Assembly (NCBI GenBank): GCA_033717875.1
Contig: JADDKJ010000001.1
Coordinates: 27,551-91,550, forward strand
DNA from: Gammaproteobacteria bacterium
GTDB taxonomy: Bacteria > Pseudomonadota > Gammaproteobacteria > Ga0077554 > Ga007554
Length of the DNA: 64,000 nt
Reading direction: 5' to 3'
Positions within the stretch are counted from its first letter, which is position 1, and every line of letters starts with the position of its first letter. The notes beneath the pieces were generated by a model that searched no databases, was not told the origin of the DNA, and was given only the letters and a program-made list of their open reading frames with translations. Made by a program: the position numbers and the translations under genes. Shown here piece by piece: positions 60,384-64,000 of the stretch.

Positions 60384-62429
60384 ATGGTAGCCATTACCTC
60401 GGCAGGCATCGGTTCCGGGCTTGATGTCAATGGATTGATGCCCCAGTTGATGGCGGTCGAGCGCCAGCCCTTGCTGGCATTGGACCGTCAGGAAAGCCTC
60501 TACAAAGCCAGGCTCAGCGCCTACGGCACCTTCAAAAGCGCATTATCTTCGTTCCAGGATGCCATGGGTTCTTTGAGCAGCCCATCGAAATTCCAGGTCT
60601 TCAGCGCCACGTCTTCGGACGCCAGTGTTTTCACGGCGTCTTCCGCTTCAGGCGCGGTACCGGGCGGCTATTCGGTCGAGGTAAAGCAATTGGCGCAGGC
60701 CCATAAGCTCGCGTCACAGGCGTTTTCCAATGTCACCGATACCGTGGGAACCGGCACGTTGACGATCCAGTTTGGCACGTTCAGCGCGGGTGTTTTCACC
60801 GCTAACGGCGATAAGGCGGCGCAGACCATCACCATCGACAGTGCTCGCAGCAGTCTGGCAGGTGTGCGTGATGCCATCAATGCCGCCAATGCGGGCATGA
60901 CTGCCAGTATTCTAAATGACGGCAGCGGCAACCGGCTGGTGTTCACATCCAAGGATAGCGGCGTGGCGAACAGCATCAAGATCACGGTGAACGATACCAG
61001 CGACGCCAGTAATACCGATAACGCCGGTTTGTCGCGATTGGCGTATGATCCCGCCGGTACGCCCGGTAACGGCAAAAATGTCACCGAAACAGTCGCCGCT
61101 CAAAATGCCCTGCTGAAAGTGGACGGCATAGACAACATCAGCAAATCGAGTAATACCGTTAGCGATGTCATTCAGGGCGTAACGCTCAATCTTCTAAAGC
61201 AAAGTGCCGCGAATACTCCGGCCACGCTCAACGTGGCGCGTGATACATCGGTCATTCAGTCTTCGATGGAAGGGTTCGTCAAGGCTTATAACGACCTGCG
61301 CAAAACGATCAAGGATCTTACCGCTTACGATCCCGCGACCAGGCAGGGCGCGGTTTTGCAGGGCGATGCGACAATGCTGTCGGTGATGTCGCAAATACGC
61401 CGTACCATGTCAGGCACACTCACGGGTGGAGCCTACACCTCGCTGTCGCAGATTGGCGTGTCTTTCCAGCAGGATGGCTCTTTGGCGCTAGACGCAAGCA
61501 AACTGAAAAACGCCATGAATACCAATTTCGACGATATTTCCTCATTGTTCGCCGCGCAAGGCAAAGCTACCGATAGTCTTGTCAATTACGTTGGCGCGAC
61601 CGCCACGACAAAGCCTGGCGCTTATGCGGTATCCATTACCCAGGCCGCGGCGCAAGGTTATCTGAGCGGCGCGGGTACCGCCGCGCTCGCCAATACCGCC
61701 GGGACTTTTGCCGCGCCTTTTGTCGTGGATGCCAGCAACGATACATTCAGCATCAAGATGGACGGAGTACAGTCCGGCGCCATCACATTGGCGCAGGGCA
61801 GTTATACGACGGCGGGCGCTTTGACCGCCGAACTCCAGTCGAGAATCAACGGTGATTCCGCCCTGAAAGCAGCGGGTATAAGCGCGGCCGTCACGTTTGA
61901 CGGCGCTTCCAACAGTTTGAAAATCACCTCCAGCCGATATGGTTCCGCCTCTACGGTCGAAGTCACCGCGGTCGATACCAACACCGGAACGACCTTGGGT
62001 TTCAGCGTTGGCACTGGTTCGGCTGGCCTCGACGTGATCGGCACGATCAATGGTGTCGCGGCCATCGGTTCGGGACGCTATCTGACAGGTGCCGCTGGTA
62101 ATGCCGCGGAAGGTCTGAAACTGGAAATCACTGGCGCCACCTTGGGTGGCCGTGGCACGGTGAATTATTCTCAAGGATATGCTTATCAATTGGAGAAGCT
62201 GGCCGATAACTTTCTAGGAAGTTCCGGGCTCCTGTCCAGCCGCACCGAGGGTATCAACAGCAGTATCAGATCGCTTGATGACCGGCGCGATGTATTGAAC
62301 CGGCGCCTGGATGAAATTGAAAAGCGTTATCGAGCGCAGTTCACTGCGCTGGACACCATGCTGGGGCAGTTGCGCAGCACCAGTGAATTTCTGACGCGGC
62401 AATTGTCCGCACTGTCGCCGGCGCAATAG
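60384..62429 (+). CDS. fliD: flagellar filament capping protein FliD
   Basis: Family similarity. Confidence 0.9.
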   Translation: MVAITSAGIGSGLDVNGLMPQLMAVERQPLLALDRQESLYKARLSAYGTFKSALSSFQDAMGSLSSPSKFQVFSATSSDASVFTASSASGAVPGGYSVEVKQLAQAHKLASQAFSNVTDTVGTGTLTIQFGTFSAGVFTANGDKAAQTITIDSARSSLAGVRDAINAANAGMTASILNDGSGNRLVFTSKDSGVANSIKITVNDTSDASNTDNAGLSRLAYDPAGTPGNGKNVTETVAAQNALLKVDGIDNISKSSNTVSDVIQGVTLNLLKQSAANTPATLNVARDTSVIQSSMEGFVKAYNDLRKTIKDLTAYDPATRQGAVLQGDATMLSVMSQIRRTMSGTLTGGAYTSLSQIGVSFQQDGSLALDASKLKNAMNTNFDDISSLFAAQGKATDSLVNYVGATATTKPGAYAVSITQAAAQGYLSGAGTAALANTAGTFAAPFVVDASNDTFSIKMDGVQSGAITLAQGSYTTAGALTAELQSRINGDSALKAAGISAAVTFDGASNSLKITSSRYGSASTVEVTAVDTNTGTTLGFSVGTGSAGLDVIGTINGVAAIGSGRYLTGAAGNAAEGLKLEITGATLGGRGTVNYSQGYAYQLEKLADNFLGSSGLLSSRTEGINSSIRSLDDRRDVLNRRLDEIEKRYRAQFTALDTMLGQLRSTSEFLTRQLSALSPAQ

Positions 62430-62473
62430 GCAGTTTATTTCAAAGTGGTTTCAACTCCATAAAGGGGATATGA

Positions 62474-62917
62474 GTGAATTATTCAAAGCCTCATGCTGCA
62501 TTGCAGCAATACAGCCAAGTGGGAGCGCAAACCGGCGTGGCCTATGCCGGCCCTCATCGTTTGATCCAGATGCTGCTGGATGGCGCTATCGATAAAATCG
62601 CCCTCGCCAAGGGATACATGCTGCGTGGCGATGTCCCGCAGAAGGGCAATCACATCAGCTGGGCCATATCCATCATCAACGGCTTGAGGATGAGTCTGGA
62701 CAAGACAGCGGGTGGCGGGATTGCGCAGCATCTTGACGATCTTTATGACTACATGGAACGTCGGCTGTTCGAAGCCAATCTGAAAAACGACCCGGAAATG
62801 CTCGGCGAAGTTTCCGCGCTGTTGCACAAGGTCAAGGAAGCATGGGATGCGATTCCAGACCTGGTGAGTGATTCTGCGCCGGAAAACCGCCCGTCCGCGG
62901 CATCGGCAGTCCGGTAG
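62474..62917 (+). CDS. fliS: flagellin-specific chaperone FliS
   Basis: Family similarity. Confidence 0.9.
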   Translation: MNYSKPHAALQQYSQVGAQTGVAYAGPHRLIQMLLDGAIDKIALAKGYMLRGDVPQKGNHISWAISIINGLRMSLDKTAGGGIAQHLDDLYDYMERRLFEANLKNDPEMLGEVSALLHKVKEAWDAIPDLVSDSAPENRPSAASAVR

Positions 62918-62928
62918 CTATCAGGGCC

Positions 62929-63276
62929 GTGGCCGTGGAAGCGGATTCTTTGGATGTTGTGCATCCACATGTCGAACAGCTCCAGGCTGTCCTGGAGCTG
63001 AGCCATGGCATGCTGCGAATGGCGCTCGCCAAGGATTGGCATACGCTGGCTTCCCTGGAAGAAAGCCGCCGCCGCAAGCTGGAGGCTTTTTTCGCCGTGC
63101 CTGTTCCCGCCCATCTCGCCAAATGGGTTGGCGCCGGCGTCGCCGAAATACTGGAAATGGACAAGCAGATTATCGCCGCGTGCGAAGCAGGAAGGCGGGA
63201 AGCTGCCGATGCCATGCGCCAGCTTCATCAGGCGCATCATGCCGTGCATGTTTATGAAAGCGGTGTGGAGACCTGA
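62929..63276 (+). CDS. fliT: flagellar chaperone FliT
   Basis: Size, helical character and position after fliS. Confidence 0.65.
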   Translation: MAVEADSLDVVHPHVEQLQAVLELSHGMLRMALAKDWHTLASLEESRRRKLEAFFAVPVPAHLAKWVGAGVAEILEMDKQIIAACEAGRREAADAMRQLHQAHHAVHVYESGVET

Positions 63277-63374
63277 CGTCGGTTGTCACCGGGCCGTTTA
63301 TCGTTTATGTTTTGCAAGAGGTTAGCCCTCGCTCCGGTTGACTTCAGCTTTATTACAGGACGATTTTACCGCCC

Positions 63375-63947
63375 ATGACCACCGGTTTGATCTATGAAGA
63401 CGTAATCCCCTTGCGCTGGAGCGTTGTCACGGTCGCCCTGACCGAAGCGCAGCAGGCGCGGCTGCATGAGGCCAACGAGGAAGCATTGCGCATTATCGCG
63501 GCTCTCGACGAGCATCCCGCGGAAAGTTCCAACGAACACGACGCCGTTGCACAAGAGCTGCAACGGCTGGATTTCAAGCTCAATCTGGTGCTCGATCTGG
63601 TGGGGCAACTGCTATCGCAGCATCTCGTCCTGCCCGCGCCAGTGCCCGTCAGGCTGGGTCCGAACAGCATTGAATGGGATGCTTCAGACGCGCCGGGCGC
63701 CGGCGGTCTTGTGAATGTCGAGCTTTTTCTCAGCCGGAAATATCCGCGCGCCATCACCTTGCATGGAAGGGTTCGTCAGGTCAACGCCCTGGAGGGCGCT
63801 TATCGGGTTGAGATGATGTTCGAAGGCGTGAGCGCTTTGGTGCAGGAATCACTGGAGAAGTTCATTTTCAGGCATCATCGCCGGCGCATCGCCCATGCCC
63901 GCCGCGCGCCGGGGGCGGAAGTACGGGAGCAGGGGCCGCTGTCCTGA
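63375..63947 (+). CDS. hypothetical protein downstream of fliT
   Basis: An ORF with an Arg-rich C-terminus (RHHRRRIAHARR) and no recognisable family. Confidence 0.45.
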   Translation: MTTGLIYEDVIPLRWSVVTVALTEAQQARLHEANEEALRIIAALDEHPAESSNEHDAVAQELQRLDFKLNLVLDLVGQLLSQHLVLPAPVPVRLGPNSIEWDASDAPGAGGLVNVELFLSRKYPRAITLHGRVRQVNALEGAYRVEMMFEGVSALVQESLEKFIFRHHRRRIAHARRAPGAEVREQGPLS

Positions 63948-64000
63948 AAGTTGTTTGCATTCACTCTCCGCTTTTTATCCAAGCGACAAAATTTTGACTT

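Overview
This is a GC-rich (about 60%) proteobacterial chromosome segment whose gene content and order look betaproteobacterial. Most of it is core metabolism and housekeeping genes:
- a fragment of a FAD-dependent oxidoreductase;
- a translationally coupled gshA-gshB-apbE-NusG_II operon;
- a 1-Cys peroxiredoxin and an ElaB/YqjD-YqjE-YqjK-like operon;
- dapD and dapC;
- a pyrR-pyrB-pyrC' operon, in which PyrC' has lost its HxH metal site;
- ruvX, yqgE, a first TonB, RNase R, rlmB and metA;
- ggt, a YfhL ferredoxin and coaD;
- a probably Fur-regulated cupredoxin/LolA-like/ExbB-ExbD-TonB/TonB-dependent-receptor module.

The last 20 kb is a canonical flagellar/chemotaxis region: ycgR-flgN-flgM-flgA divergent from cheV-cheR, then flgBCDEFGHIJKL with a sigma-54 promoter, then fliC with a textbook sigma-28 promoter, flaG, fliD, fliS and fliT.

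Around this core there are several accessory or decayed patches:
1. A family of 115-bp MITE-like palindromic repeats occurs in three copies. Two inverted copies bracket a Fic plus frameshifted Mrr cassette, with an HsdS remnant, next to the 3' end of tRNA-Ala.
2. A second large Fic protein and a Gx-transporter sit next to the 3' end of tRNA-Leu.
3. A segment bounded by a 45-bp repeat holds a frameshifted OmpR-type response regulator and a PAS fragment with no start codon.
4. An IS110 transposase N-terminal stub ends where a REP element begins.
5. There are several families of REP-like hairpin repeats.
6. There is an unrecognised 702-aa protein with an internally duplicated Cys-containing domain.
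7. A CcoG-like/cytochrome-c/lipoprotein redox cluster lies convergent with an oxidase-like membrane protein, a Cys-rich protein and an unannotated 50-aa membrane peptide.

No CRISPR array, rRNA gene or integrase gene was seen.
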